From: a virus | Lineage: Duplodnaviria > Heunggongvirae > Uroviricota > Caudoviricetes | Reading direction: 5' to 3' (one strand) | Length of the DNA stretch: 64,000 nt | IMG/VR virus record: IMGVR_UViG_3300045988_154477 | Shown here: in pieces, positions 21,848 through 31,581 of the stretch | How positions within the stretch are numbered: the stretch's first letter is position 1 | Layout: the number at the start of each line of letters is the position of its first letter | The notes under the pieces: model-generated | What the model was told of the DNA's origin: nothing | Database searches by the model: none | What the model saw: the letters and a program-made list of their open reading frames with translations, nothing else | Made by a program: the position numbers and the translations under genes

Positions 21848-22484
21848 CCGCTTTTACATGATGTGCTTGCGTGAAACTGTGGGTAATAACGCCTCATTCC
21901 ATTGCCATAACGGCAATGGTTACAGTTCTGATATCGATCGCGCTCATGTTTACACGCTGGAAGAAGCCCAAAAAGCCTGGAGTTGTGGGCGAGATATCGA
22001 TCAGCCTGTTTGTGCCGATAGTGTGGATGCAATGGCTGTGTGGCACGTTGATTGCCAGTACATCCCTACAGAAAGCCTGATTGAGTCAGATTGCACTGCG
22101 TATGTGGCCTACAAAAAAGGTAGCTGGAACGGCAACGATGTTTACTGGCTTCAACACGGTGGATTGCCAACAGATGACTTCAGTAAAGCGACCATCTTTA
22201 GCGTCGCCAACAAAAACGAACCAGGAATAGTTTGGTTGCCATTTTCCATTGCTGATGCAGCAAAGCGCCGGACGTTCAATATCAATAACTTTAACCGCAG
22301 AACAATGGTTCAGGGCGCAGGTTTGGTCATGCCTGACTGGTTGAAAAAGCAAAACAGAAGAAAGAAGTCGCGAAGCGGGAAGGTGCGTTGGAATTGTCCG
22401 CATTGCGGAAAAATAACCTGGCAGTACAGCCCATATGATTTTGAAGGCTGTAGTGATTACAACTGTGAAGGATGGCGAGAATGA
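21840..22484 (+). CDS. hypothetical protein
   Basis: 214 aa; C-terminal CPHCG...C..C cluster. Confidence 0.45.
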   Translation: MNNRFYMMCLRETVGNNASFHCHNGNGYSSDIDRAHVYTLEEAQKAWSCGRDIDQPVCADSVDAMAVWHVDCQYIPTESLIESDCTAYVAYKKGSWNGNDVYWLQHGGLPTDDFSKATIFSVANKNEPGIVWLPFSIADAAKRRTFNINNFNRRTMVQGAGLVMPDWLKKQNRRKKSRSGKVRWNCPHCGKITWQYSPYDFEGCSDYNCEGWRE

Positions 22485-23134
22485 CAATTGACTATCAGGT
22501 ACTGCGTGAGGCGGCAGAAAAGGCAACACCAGACGAATGGGTCGCATTTATTTCGACGGATACTGGTACTTATGCGGTGCACACGCCCGGTGATGAACGA
22601 TGTGAAGACGTTATCAAATGGACCGGCTTTGATGGACAGAAAAATGCAGAGAACAACGCTCGTCATGTTGCCGCGTTCAACCCAAAGGTTGCACTGGAGC
22701 TGCTTGGTGAAATTAAGTGCTTGGAGGACACAAATATTGATGCCACGTGCCGAATTTCAGAGCTTGAGACTAATCTCGCTGCGCTGGTGGCAGAGAACGC
22801 TGGGCTGAAACACGCAATGGCCGTAACTCTTGAGCATGTGTCGGTCACGGATGCAGGGCAGGCCGGAGTTGCTGCAATGATTATCAACGATGCCCTGCAC
22901 CACAGCGAAACTCCAGCTACCGATGCTTTCCTGTCTGAAGTGCGGGCGCAGGGGGTGGATGCTGCTATAGAAGCTGCAAAAAATCTGGTGGCCCAAGAAT
23001 ATGAGTATAAGGATTTCAAAGCGGCGCAGAGTGATTGCTGTATGCACCCTGGTTCAGACCTGGTAGGGAAGGTTGAAATGACTGAGTGGTTAGTTGACTT
23101 TGCTGCCCAGCTTCGCAAAGGAGGCAACCAGTGA
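22472..23134 (+). CDS. Ea22-like protein, paralog 1
   Basis: 220 aa; N-terminus TIDYQVLREAAEKATPDEW shared with next gene. Confidence 0.55.
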   Translation: MARMTIDYQVLREAAEKATPDEWVAFISTDTGTYAVHTPGDERCEDVIKWTGFDGQKNAENNARHVAAFNPKVALELLGEIKCLEDTNIDATCRISELETNLAALVAENAGLKHAMAVTLEHVSVTDAGQAGVAAMIINDALHHSETPATDAFLSEVRAQGVDAAIEAAKNLVAQEYEYKDFKAAQSDCCMHPGSDLVGKVEMTEWLVDFAAQLRKGGNQ

Positions 23135-23883
23135 GCGAAATTAATTACCAGGCACTGCGTGAGGCGGCGGAACGTGCAATTCCAGCAATGGAACGCCTGT
23201 TAATGTTGCCAGCTGATGATGATTTGTTAAGTGAACAGGAACTTAAAGATTACGGTGTGGATATTGATGCGCTCAACGCCTTCAAATTTCTGACCGGACC
23301 AGAAACCGTGCTGGCGCTGCTGGATGAACGGGAAAGAAACCAGCAATACATAAAACGCCGCGATCAGGAGAACGAGGATATTGCGCTAACGGTAGGGAAG
23401 CTGAGAGTTGAGCTTGAGGAAGTAAAACAACACGCTGAAGAATTATCCGAAACCAAGGCTGTTCGTAACCAATGGCGGCCAGATATTTGCCCAATAACCG
23501 GACGTGCATTTTTCATGTGGATTGAGCATCCAACATTGGGAAATGTGCCGACATATGGTGGCCCATTAGATAGTTACACCATTCCAACAAAGGACGGTGA
23601 CGGTGAGTTTTCATGTGAGCGTTACGATCATGATTTTGGCGGTTGGGTAGAAAGCGAATGTCTTGGGTTATATCTGATTGATGATAGAGAACAATGCAGG
23701 GTCTACGAACTGGAGGAACGCGTTAAGGAACTGGATGCTCGGGAAATATCGCTCCCGGAACGTAGCAGCATGCTTCATCGAACAGATTTTCACGATGATT
23801 ACCAAACGGTAATGGCATACAAAGTTTCTGAAGTCATCGCTGCAATCCGCGCCGCAGGCATTCGCATCAAAGGAGGTGAGTAA
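23131..23883 (+). CDS. Ea22-like protein, paralog 2
   Basis: 250 aa; N-terminus EINYQALREAAERAIP. Confidence 0.55.
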   Translation: MSEINYQALREAAERAIPAMERLLMLPADDDLLSEQELKDYGVDIDALNAFKFLTGPETVLALLDERERNQQYIKRRDQENEDIALTVGKLRVELEEVKQHAEELSETKAVRNQWRPDICPITGRAFFMWIEHPTLGNVPTYGGPLDSYTIPTKDGDGEFSCERYDHDFGGWVESECLGLYLIDDREQCRVYELEERVKELDAREISLPERSSMLHRTDFHDDYQTVMAYKVSEVIAAIRAAGIRIKGGE

Positions 23884-24059
23884 TGCGTGTGGCATGTATC
23901 GGCTTGTTACCGTACCCGACTCGTTTTTGGGCTTCTGCGCTAATTGCAAAGCCACATGTCCTGATGGCTGACAACATCATCCCGGCACCAAAGCGCCGCC
24001 ATACCGGTATTGCAGCGGCACGACGAGCAGCAAAGAGACGCAGGAGAGCAAAGCGATGA
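23883..24059 (+). CDS. small basic protein (58 aa)
   Basis: MRVACIGLLPYPTRFW...RRAAKRRRRAKR; start and stop overlap neighbours. Confidence 0.3.
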   Translation: MRVACIGLLPYPTRFWASALIAKPHVLMADNIIPAPKRRHTGIAAARRAAKRRRRAKR

Positions 24060-24250
24060 AAAACCGTAAAGCAAAGATTCTGTTAGTTCGTAGAAACGCT
24101 CCTGGCGTCTGGCAGTGGGTGAGACTCAGCAACCGACGGATGGGGTTGATGAAATATTACGGGATGATGGATTGTGGTTTTTGCAAAAAGCCCAGCGCGG
24201 CGCAAAACCGCTGGAAAAACCACTGTTATCTGCGCACTAAAGGAGAGTGA
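24056..24250 (+). CDS. hypothetical small protein
   Basis: 64 aa ORF from track; ATGA overlap upstream. Confidence 0.35.
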   Translation: MKNRKAKILLVRRNAPGVWQWVRLSNRRMGLMKYYGMMDCGFCKKPSAAQNRWKNHCYLRTKGE

Positions 24251-24251
24251 G

Positions 24252-24767
24252 ATGGCGTTAACACACCGCGAACTCTGTCAGATTGCGTACAAGTTCCTTA
24301 AGCGCAACGGGTTCAAGGTTTGCTTTCATGACCGCTTTATAGCTGTAACCAGCACCGGAGAACAGCCAGATGCTATGGGATTCAGAAGTTCAGCATCATG
24401 CTTGATAGAGGCGAAGTGTTCTCGTGCTGACTTGTTGGCAGATAGAAAAAAGCGTTTCCGTAAAAATCCGTCTCTTGGAATGGGCGACTGGCGATTCTTT
24501 ATTAGTGAGCCGGGAATTATTTCAATTGAGGATTTACCACCTGGCTGGGGATTACTTCACGTTGTTAACGGAAGAGTACGGAAAGTACATGGGTGGCCCA
24601 AGGGTAATTGCTGTTGGGGTAATCCTGACGATAAGCCATTTACTGGAAATAAGCAGGTTGAATGCGATTACATGTTATCTGCATTAAGGCGCATGGAGTT
24701 GAGAGGGCACCTTAATGAAATATATGACGGTGTAATTGTTAATAAGAAAGAAGGAAACGCGGCATGA
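24252..24767 (+). CDS. putative PD-(D/E)xK-fold nuclease
   Basis: 171 aa from ATG 24252 (AAGGAGAG SD); D-x(n)-E-x-K pattern PDAMGF...IEAKCSRAD. Confidence 0.45.
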   Translation: MALTHRELCQIAYKFLKRNGFKVCFHDRFIAVTSTGEQPDAMGFRSSASCLIEAKCSRADLLADRKKRFRKNPSLGMGDWRFFISEPGIISIEDLPPGWGLLHVVNGRVRKVHGWPKGNCCWGNPDDKPFTGNKQVECDYMLSALRRMELRGHLNEIYDGVIVNKKEGNAA

Positions 24768-25633
24768 TCACTATTACCAATAAGAAACAGTATCCCAGCG
24801 AGCAATATCTTAATGAGCTGATCACCAACATAGAGTTTGCTGCAAGGGCACCAGTTGAAGTCGTGAGAGCAATGGCAGCAGAGCTACAGAAGCGGCGCGA
24901 AGCTGATAGTGCAGAACCAGTTGCTTATATTTTCAAACATCCGGCCGGGAAATTATTCTGGGCTTTAACGGATGAAAGCAATAAAGAGCAAGCGGACGTT
25001 ATTCCTGTTTATGCTGCCGCGCCTGCGTCGGTTGTGCCGGATAATGCATCAGAGCCTCTTGCTTATGCTTACAAAGAGCTTACGCCTGAGATTATGCGCA
25101 ACCATTTAGCTGTATTCGAGCGATATGGAATAGCCCCAAACGATAGCTCTACCACAATTCATGCACTGCGAATCGCGCTGGATGGCATAGAGCGGAGCGA
25201 CGCCATGCTTCATGGTGCCGAACCTGTAAGCCAAACTTACAAGTTGCCAGTTAATACACCTTGCAAAGATGCGCCAGCCCATATCTGGCTGCAAACGGCT
25301 GGAGTATGGCCAGAAGATGGCGAGTTAAGCGAATTAACGTGGTGCAGCCACAATCAGCACCATGATGACACGCTATATGTTCGAGCTGACTTGGTAAATG
25401 GCAATTCTCCGGTAACTCTGGATGATTGGATAAGCTGTAGTGAGCGAATGCCGGATAGCAAAACAGCTGTTCTTGTTGCCAGGGAGTTTGACGGGAAAGG
25501 TGACTGGCGAATGAAGTGGGCGACTTACATACCGGGACATCCTGACGCTAATGATGGTTGGATAATTCCTGGTGCGTCGTGGATTCCATCACACTGGATG
25601 CCGCTACCAGAACCGCCGCAGGAGGCGAAATGA
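24764..25633 (+). CDS. hypothetical protein with DUF551-like C-terminus
   Basis: 289 aa; C-terminal WISCSERMP...DGWIIPGASWIPSHWMPLPEPP. Confidence 0.5.
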   Translation: MITITNKKQYPSEQYLNELITNIEFAARAPVEVVRAMAAELQKRREADSAEPVAYIFKHPAGKLFWALTDESNKEQADVIPVYAAAPASVVPDNASEPLAYAYKELTPEIMRNHLAVFERYGIAPNDSSTTIHALRIALDGIERSDAMLHGAEPVSQTYKLPVNTPCKDAPAHIWLQTAGVWPEDGELSELTWCSHNQHHDDTLYVRADLVNGNSPVTLDDWISCSERMPDSKTAVLVAREFDGKGDWRMKWATYIPGHPDANDGWIIPGASWIPSHWMPLPEPPQEAK

Positions 25634-25890
25634 TGGATGTAAAAGAGAAGGTTTTGCAGGTGATGCGTTCCCGTGCTGCCCTACAAGAGAAAGCTCTCGG
25701 CGGTGAATATCCATTCACGATAGCAACCTGGAATCTGCGGTTGGCAATGGAGAAGGAATTTCCTGATGAAGAATGGCGCTCGGCAGATTTGCGCAAAATT
25801 CTTATGGAGCTGGCTAAAGACGGAACAGTATCCAAAGATACCCATGCCAGCCGGATTGGTCAGGCGGTATGGAGACTTGAGGTGCGGTAA
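25630..25890 (+). CDS. hypothetical protein
   Basis: 86 aa from ATG 25630 (GGAGG SD; ATGA overlap). Confidence 0.45.
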   Translation: MMDVKEKVLQVMRSRAALQEKALGGEYPFTIATWNLRLAMEKEFPDEEWRSADLRKILMELAKDGTVSKDTHASRIGQAVWRLEVR

Positions 25891-25966
25891 TGAGCTGGCC
25901 TGAAGCATTTGCGATTGTAGGCGTAGCTATGGCGATTGCCGCTATTTTTATCTTCTGGGGGTAACG

Positions 25967-26200
25967 ATGGGAAAATTAACTTTTGTTGTCGAATTTGAGG
26001 ATGGCAAAGAGCCACCTGTTAGCGCCAATCTTGATGTTGCTGGTGGCAGGCTGGTTTCGGTTCTATTTGGTGATTACCGCGACGACTTCTTTCAGCCTGA
26101 AGAAGTTGATGTAGTGCGAGAGGCATTAAACGAGTTAAGTGTTGATAACGATGATGCTCATGCGGAAATCATCCAAAAAATGGAACTGCTAACTCACTAA
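25967..26200 (+). CDS. hypothetical protein
   Basis: 77 aa ORF. Confidence 0.45.
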   Translation: MGKLTFVVEFEDGKEPPVSANLDVAGGRLVSVLFGDYRDDFFQPEEVDVVREALNELSVDNDDAHAEIIQKMELLTH

Positions 26201-26248
26201 ATTATCAATTATGGTGCTATCACCTACGACACCGAGAGAAAATTTATA

Positions 26249-26371
26249 ATGTCAAAAGTAAATGTTTTGATTTTTTCAGCAATTGTTGGCTTTGGTTTTA
26301 CTGCCGGAGTGCAGATTTATATTACGTGGGAAAAAATCATCAACTACGCATGGAGTTGTTTTATTAAGTGA
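26249..26371 (+). CDS. hydrophobic micro-ORF (40 aa)
   Basis: MSKVNVLIFSAIVGFGFTAGVQIYITWEKIINYAWSCFIK. Confidence 0.3.
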   Translation: MSKVNVLIFSAIVGFGFTAGVQIYITWEKIINYAWSCFIK

Positions 26372-26378
26372 GGTAAGT

Positions 26379-26672
26379 ATGTGGAGAGGTAATAGTCATG
26401 GCAAAAGCCAGATGATACTTACCGAATATCAGTTTGACCATAAAACCAATAAATCACGTTCAGTATATTTGCTTCGGCACAATAGCCGCGTAAGGAATAC
26501 CGTGCTGGAGCAAAATCTGACAGTTGAAATGGATAATTACGGGGGCTTCAAGCCAACAATTTCGCTTGATGATTTTCCTCGTGGTTTAAGCGAAAGAGAA
26601 GCAATGCTGAAATTAGCAGAATGGCTACAAAGATTAAGCATTGCTATTGAAGATAACTGGTCTGAACCTTAA
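26379..26672 (+). CDS. hypothetical protein
   Basis: 97 aa from internal ATG 26379 (track ORF 26283..26672). Confidence 0.4.
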   Translation: MWRGNSHGKSQMILTEYQFDHKTNKSRSVYLLRHNSRVRNTVLEQNLTVEMDNYGGFKPTISLDDFPRGLSEREAMLKLAEWLQRLSIAIEDNWSEP

Positions 26673-26678
26673 ATTTAT

Positions 26679-27053
26679 ATGATGACACTAAAACATTTTC
26701 TTGACCGCCCATTATGGGCGGCAGCCGCAGGCTATGACTTTAATTATATGGATTGCATGTCTTATACTGCCAATGCATACGACCATGCGTTCAGCCTACT
26801 GTTTAATTCTTTAAGAATATTGCCGGAAACAGAAGTTGGAGAGCTTCATTTATGGATATTGAGCTTTATCGCGGCAGTCGTTGGTATTGCTGTATGGCCT
26901 TTTATTTTCTGGCTGGTGGCTGTTGTAGTGTGGTTTAAGTGCAAGACATACCGGAGAAAGTATTTCTTAGGTGATGGAATGACCGATATTGCCAAAATGA
27001 ACATTGAAAAATGGACTAAGGAATGTGAAAAGAAATGGCGCAAAAAGAAATGA
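26679..27053 (+). CDS. membrane protein
   Basis: 124 aa; two hydrophobic segments, Lys-rich C-terminus. Confidence 0.5.
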   Translation: MMTLKHFLDRPLWAAAAGYDFNYMDCMSYTANAYDHAFSLLFNSLRILPETEVGELHLWILSFIAAVVGIAVWPFIFWLVAVVVWFKCKTYRRKYFLGDGMTDIAKMNIEKWTKECEKKWRKKK

Positions 27054-27967
27054 CCAGAATCACTGAAGAGCGTATATCAGAGATTATTTCCCGTATCGAA
27101 ATGTATGGTCACGGTGCTGGATATACGGCAGATGAAGTATTGGCACTTGCCCAAATGGCTTTGGCGGCTTGCAAAGATGATAAAAAAATGAAGCTTATCG
27201 ACTTGTTAGTGAAGGAGCTGCCTAAGTGCGGCGGGTGGCCTGATGGAATGAGTTATTGTTACCTACCCAGTGTCAATTTAATGGCACCATGCGCGACTTT
27301 TGCTTTTGGCTCAGACCACAAAAAAGACACTTTCTTTGGGCGCAATTTTTGTTGTGAGATTGAGCTTCCAATTGGTGACCTTGATAGCGATGAATACCAG
27401 TCAGTTGTCACTCGCGAACAATACGAATCAGCTCTCATAGCGTCGCAGAAAGTCGAGTTCAATGGTGATGAACTTGAAAGTAAGACTTACAGGTTGGATT
27501 TTGGGCAATGGCTGGAACAGCAACGCGGGAAAATCGATGTGGACTGTGGTTGTGTGTCCACTGAAACATTCATGCACTGGCTGCGGGTAGCTTACGAGGC
27601 TGGCAACTATCCGGATATTCCGGATAGTTCGGTGCCAGCGCCAGGAAAGGGCGTCACCGGTGAACGTATCCGAATTAAGCCGCATGTTTATCGCGAACTG
27701 GTTAACCGCCTCCACGATACAGCGGTCAAGTGTGCTGGCACCCAGCAATTACGAGAAAGAATTAGCCGTGTTTTGGGCGACGTTATTACGCCAGATCATC
27801 ATAAACAAGCCGAGAAAAGTGACCTGGAAAGGTGTCACCTTGAGGCGGCATTAAACATTAAGCCGGGGCATACGCTTGGCATTATTGATGCACTGTTGGT
27901 TCATAAGATGGCCAGGGCTTTATTGTCGTTGGTGGACGCTGGTGATACAAGCGAGGGTGAAGTATGA
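27035..27967 (+). CDS. hypothetical protein
   Basis: 310 aa ORF. Confidence 0.55.
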   Translation: MAQKEMTRITEERISEIISRIEMYGHGAGYTADEVLALAQMALAACKDDKKMKLIDLLVKELPKCGGWPDGMSYCYLPSVNLMAPCATFAFGSDHKKDTFFGRNFCCEIELPIGDLDSDEYQSVVTREQYESALIASQKVEFNGDELESKTYRLDFGQWLEQQRGKIDVDCGCVSTETFMHWLRVAYEAGNYPDIPDSSVPAPGKGVTGERIRIKPHVYRELVNRLHDTAVKCAGTQQLRERISRVLGDVITPDHHKQAEKSDLERCHLEAALNIKPGHTLGIIDALLVHKMARALLSLVDAGDTSEGEV

Positions 27968-28326
27968 GAGTTGCAGATCACATCAAACACCTTGAAAGAA
28001 TTATCGAAAACGGTGAACTCTTAAGAGATCAGATGAGACGCACGGCAGAAGCCAGGGAGGCGATAATCCGCAGTCAGGCTGGTAAATTAAAGCAATTGTC
28101 AGAGATTAACACGCTATACAAGAACAGACGTAACCGGGCGGTGATGCGGCTTCAGAAAGCACGTAATGAAATTAAATTGGTGGAGGCAAAACTGAAAAAA
28201 CAGATCCAGCGTTACGATCAGCAAGATGCTTTTTATGCCGCCATCAAGGCGGCTGCTAATGAAATAGGCATCTGGAAGTTGCTGGTGGAGAAAGCAAAGA
28301 CGAAGTTAAATGCCAACGAAAGCTGA
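27964..28326 (+). CDS. coiled-coil protein
   Basis: 120 aa; ATGA overlap with upstream gene. Confidence 0.5.
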   Translation: MRVADHIKHLERIIENGELLRDQMRRTAEAREAIIRSQAGKLKQLSEINTLYKNRRNRAVMRLQKARNEIKLVEAKLKKQIQRYDQQDAFYAAIKAAANEIGIWKLLVEKAKTKLNANES

Positions 28327-28401
28327 ACTACAGGTGCCCACCAGCACATACAGAAAATGATTGTTTCCACATCAAGGAGATTTTAATGTTTCACTGAAAC
28401 A

Positions 28402-28539
28402 TTAAGTAAGCCAGTGCATAATTCCATTTTTTACTGACCTTAAAAGCAAAATCAAAACGATGATGAGGATAATAGCCAGAATCTGGCTAATAATAGGCGC
28501 ATCTAAAAATGCACTCAGGAACTGAAAAAAAGCGTTCAT
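28402..28539 (-). CDS. 45-aa hydrophobic peptide in AT-rich intergenic island (small membrane protein or type I toxin-like)
   Basis: MNAFFQFLSAFLDAPIISQILAIILIIVLILLLRSVKNGIMHWLT; only plausible ORF in the 28327..29401 gap. Confidence 0.3.
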   Translation of the reverse strand: MNAFFQFLSAFLDAPIISQILAIILIIVLILLLRSVKNGIMHWLT

Positions 28540-29401
28540 TCAGGTGGTTCCTTGTCAAATGTAAAGGTGCACTTGCTCACGTTGACGTAGAAACCCAACC
28601 CCTATATAGTTGGATTCGGTGAATGAAAGTCGTTAACGTGAGCTTACGGCACATGTTTTCGGAAAAACATCAGGGAACGGCTAATTCCTTGATGCGGGTG
28701 GGGTCTGTAATGCAGACCCTATCTATTAACGTCATGATTGCATCTCAAATTTTCTCCTTATCTTCAATTAATCTACATTCATTTCATCTGTTAGCCACCA
28801 CAATATGTAGAAAATGGCCCTCTTGCAAGTGCATAACTTTGTGGATAACTCAGGAAGGAAAAAGTGGCTTTCGCGCACCTTCGGTCAGACAAGGTGTCCG
28901 GGAAAGTCAACGCAAAGAAAAAAATTGTTAAAAATAACGTTTGTTGGAATTGTATATTTTTATCCCCTTCAATGGTTAGCATTCTATTAACATCTTTTTT
29001 TAGAGACAGAAAAACATATCGTAACAACATATATACAGTGTTAAGAGGCGAGTATTATCCTGCGGTGGGAATTCTGGGCGCTGTTAGATTCGACTTTCTC
29101 AGCAGGATTACATCGTCAACTTGCGACGTTGCCGTATGACTTTCGTGTGATAGGTGACAATGATGCGGCTAGTGAGTTACTTGTGAAGTTTTTCGGAAAA
29201 GGTTTTGTGGCCTCGGATCTTGATGAGCTACAGCAACATGAAGTGTCTAATTTGATTTTTAGCCATAGCCAATAAGCCTCCCTCCTCCATCAAGGCCACA
29301 ATTTGTGACCTTAAACAATTTGTTTTCTGCTTTTTCTTATTTGAGAAAATAACGTTGTTGACAGCTAATAGGCTCGTTGTTGTTATACATGCCTGTATAG
29401 A

Positions 29402-29758
29402 TTATGACCGTAAATTATTAGCGGATTTTAAGCCATATTCACCGTTGTAGAAATTACTTATGTTCCACTCATTAGGAAGTTCTTTTCTGTCCAATGTATA
29501 GTGGCGCACGATATAACGATCTTCATCTTCTTCGATGGACAGGCGGACATAGCCAATGTGAATCACCGATACGGGCGGTGTTCGTATTGCATAGATGTCG
29601 CGGAGATATACCGGCAGCTCGACAAATGCATCAGGTGCATCTGTGATGCTCGTTTTTTCACAGTATTCATATAACGCATCGTTGATATCGTTAAGAGATT
29701 CATGATCGTATATTTCCAGGTAATTACCGCGATAGCGATGGTACTCGACTTTAGCCAT
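29402..29758 (-). CDS. hypothetical protein
   Basis: 118 aa; start abuts stop of upstream gene. Confidence 0.5.
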   Translation of the reverse strand: MAKVEYHRYRGNYLEIYDHESLNDINDALYEYCEKTSITDAPDAFVELPVYLRDIYAIRTPPVSVIHIGYVRLSIEEDEDRYIVRHYTLDRKELPNEWNISNFYNGEYGLKSANNLRS

Positions 29759-30073
29759 TCAAAATCCCCTGTTATCGTTTTGCATTTCTCTAATCCGGTT
29801 CAGAACTACTTCGTGCTGGACTTGGATAGCGGCTTTTTCGTTTTCAAGCCGGGCAATAGACATCTCTAATTCTTTGCTGTACCAGGCGAGCCGGGCCAGG
29901 TTCATCCGGTTGTGGTCGAGAGTTGGAGACACTTCGACGCGATCCCTTTCTTCCTGCTTTAATGAGAAGAGATTCATCTCATCCCTTGAGGAAAATTCAG
30001 CAACAATTTCTTGTTGATGATCCGGTCGCTGCGGCATCCTCGCCAGTATAAATGGCGGTTCTTTTGAAAACAT
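29759..30073 (-). CDS. hot: DNA polymerase III theta-subunit-like protein (P1 Hot candidate)
   Basis: C-terminal region (LKQEERDRVEVSPTL...) resembles HolE/theta as recalled; internal ATG at 29977 would give a 72-aa theta-sized product; full ORF reported. Confidence 0.45.
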   Translation of the reverse strand: MFSKEPPFILARMPQRPDHQQEIVAEFSSRDEMNLFSLKQEERDRVEVSPTLDHNRMNLARLAWYSKELEMSIARLENEKAAIQVQHEVVLNRIREMQNDNRGF

Positions 30074-30127
30074 GAATGTCGGTTCAGACCGTGTTTTTAC
30101 CCAGCTTGCCTGCTGTCTTTCGGCAAG

Positions 30128-30343
30128 TTAACAGGCTTCATCATAGTTATCTGCCAAACAAAGCACGGATGGACGGTCCCACGCCCCACCATTCAGACAA
30201 TAAACTACAATTTTCCCGTCAGGTTGTGTAACCCCATATGGATGGTCCCACCAGGCGTCCAGCTGAGTTTTAGAGCGTTTCTCGTTAGGAGTGCAGTCAA
30301 AATTTTTGGGCAATACAGGATCGAGAGGAATGCGATTAGGCAT
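30128..30343 (-). CDS. lxr: small protein at P1 lxr position
   Basis: 71 aa; named by position between hot and humD. Confidence 0.5.
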   Translation of the reverse strand: MPNRIPLDPVLPKNFDCTPNEKRSKTQLDAWWDHPYGVTQPDGKIVVYCLNGGAWDRPSVLCLADNYDEAC

Positions 30344-30478
30344 AGCTAATTCCTTATTAACTGATTGGCAACGAGGTTACGCTGATCCGTTGGTGATGAA
30401 TAGTAGCAAAGAGCACAAAATCATCAGCGGTGGTTGATGTACGTAACGCGTTTGCACCAAAGGTGTCTCTTTAATGTA

Positions 30479-30498
30479 TACTGTATAAATGAACAGTA
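30479..30498. promoter_or_regulatory. LexA (SOS) box TACTGTATAAATGAACAGTA
   Basis: CTG-N10-CAG with AT-rich spacer, 20 nt upstream of humD ATG. Confidence 0.8.
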
Positions 30499-30517
30499 TT
30501 ATTGGGGTGAAAACGCT

Positions 30518-30907
30518 ATGGGCTTCCCTTCTCCTGCGGCGGATTATGTTGAAAGCCGAATTTCTCTTGATCAGCAACTAATCAGGCATCCATCAGCAAC
30601 CTACTTCATGCGGGCAGCTGATAGCCATCACCGTGAGGGAATATTGCAGGGTGCTTTGCTGGTGGTTGATTCCTCGCTTACTCCGGTTGATGGTTCTCTG
30701 CTTGTGTGCGCTATGGAGGGTGAATATCGCATAAAGAGATACAGGAAGTATCCGCGCCAGCACCTGGAGGATTTAAGCACCGGGAAGAAAGAGGCGTTAC
30801 CAGTAGATGACGATGGATGCACGGGCAGTAATGCTGTTTTTGGTGTGATCACTCATGTCATCAATGATGCCCGAAGTGGGGAGTTTGATGATTGTCCGGT
30901 TATTTAA
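30518..30907 (+). CDS. humD: UmuD' homolog
   Basis: 129 aa from ATG 30518; UmuD/LexA C-terminal peptidase S24 fold; LexA box immediately upstream. Confidence 0.85.
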   Translation: MGFPSPAADYVESRISLDQQLIRHPSATYFMRAADSHHREGILQGALLVVDSSLTPVDGSLLVCAMEGEYRIKRYRKYPRQHLEDLSTGKKEALPVDDDGCTGSNAVFGVITHVINDARSGEFDDCPVI

Positions 30908-30979
30908 GCTGCAAAGGGCTGGTGCTTTATGCCTGTGAGGTTTATGATTGTGTACACATAACGAGTACACGAGGTGTTT

Positions 30980-31201
30980 ATGCAATCCATTAACTTCCGT
31001 ACCGCGCGCGGCAACCTTTCTGAAGTGCTCAACAATGTTGAAGCCGGGGAAGAGGTTGAAATCACCCGCAGAGGCCGTGAGCCAGCAGTAATTGTCAGCA
31101 AGGCTACTTTCGAAGCCTACAAAAAAGCGGCGCTGGATGCTGAATTTGCATCCCTGTTTGACACCCTGGACTCCACCAACAAGGAACTGGTTAACCGATA
31201 A
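30980..31201 (+). CDS. phd: Phd antitoxin
   Basis: 73 aa [39 protein letters not shown]... matches P1 Phd as recalled; ACGAGGTG SD. Confidence 0.9.
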   Translation: MQSINFRTARGNLSEVLNNVEAGEEVEITRRGREPAVIVSKATFEAYKKAALDAEFASLFDTLDSTNKELVNR

Positions 31202-31581
31202 TGAGGCATATATCACCGGAAGAACTTATTGCGCTTCATGATGCGAATATAAACCGCTACGGCGGCCTGCCTGGCATGTCAGATCCGGGCAGGGCAGAGG
31301 CCATTATCGGGAGAGTCCAGGCCAGAGTTGTGTACGAAGAGATTACCGACCTTTTCGAAGTCTCCGCAACCTACCTGGTGGCTACTGCGAGAGGGCATAT
31401 ATTCAATGATGCCAATAAGCGTACCGCGCTAAACAGTGCGCTGTTATTTCTACGCCGTAACGGGGTGCAGGTATTTGATTCACCTGAACTGGCAGACCTT
31501 ACCGTAGGGGCTGCGACCGGAGAGATATCTGTATCTTCTGTCGCCGACACGTTACGTAGATTGTATGGTTCCGCAGAGTAG
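31201..31581 (+). CDS. doc: Doc toxin (Fic-fold kinase)
   Basis: 126 aa; Fic motif [11 protein letters not shown]; TAATG overlap with phd. Confidence 0.9.
   Translation: MRHISPEELIALHDANINRYGGLPGMSDPGRAEAIIGRVQARVVYEEITDLFEVSATYLVATARGHIFNDANKRTALNSALLFLRRNGVQVFDSPELADLTVGAATGEISVSSVADTLRRLYGSAE

Noticed and set aside
28623-29139. ORFs of 102, 79 and 91 aa in the AT-rich gap
   Set aside because: No start codon context, low-complexity translations, mutually overlapping.
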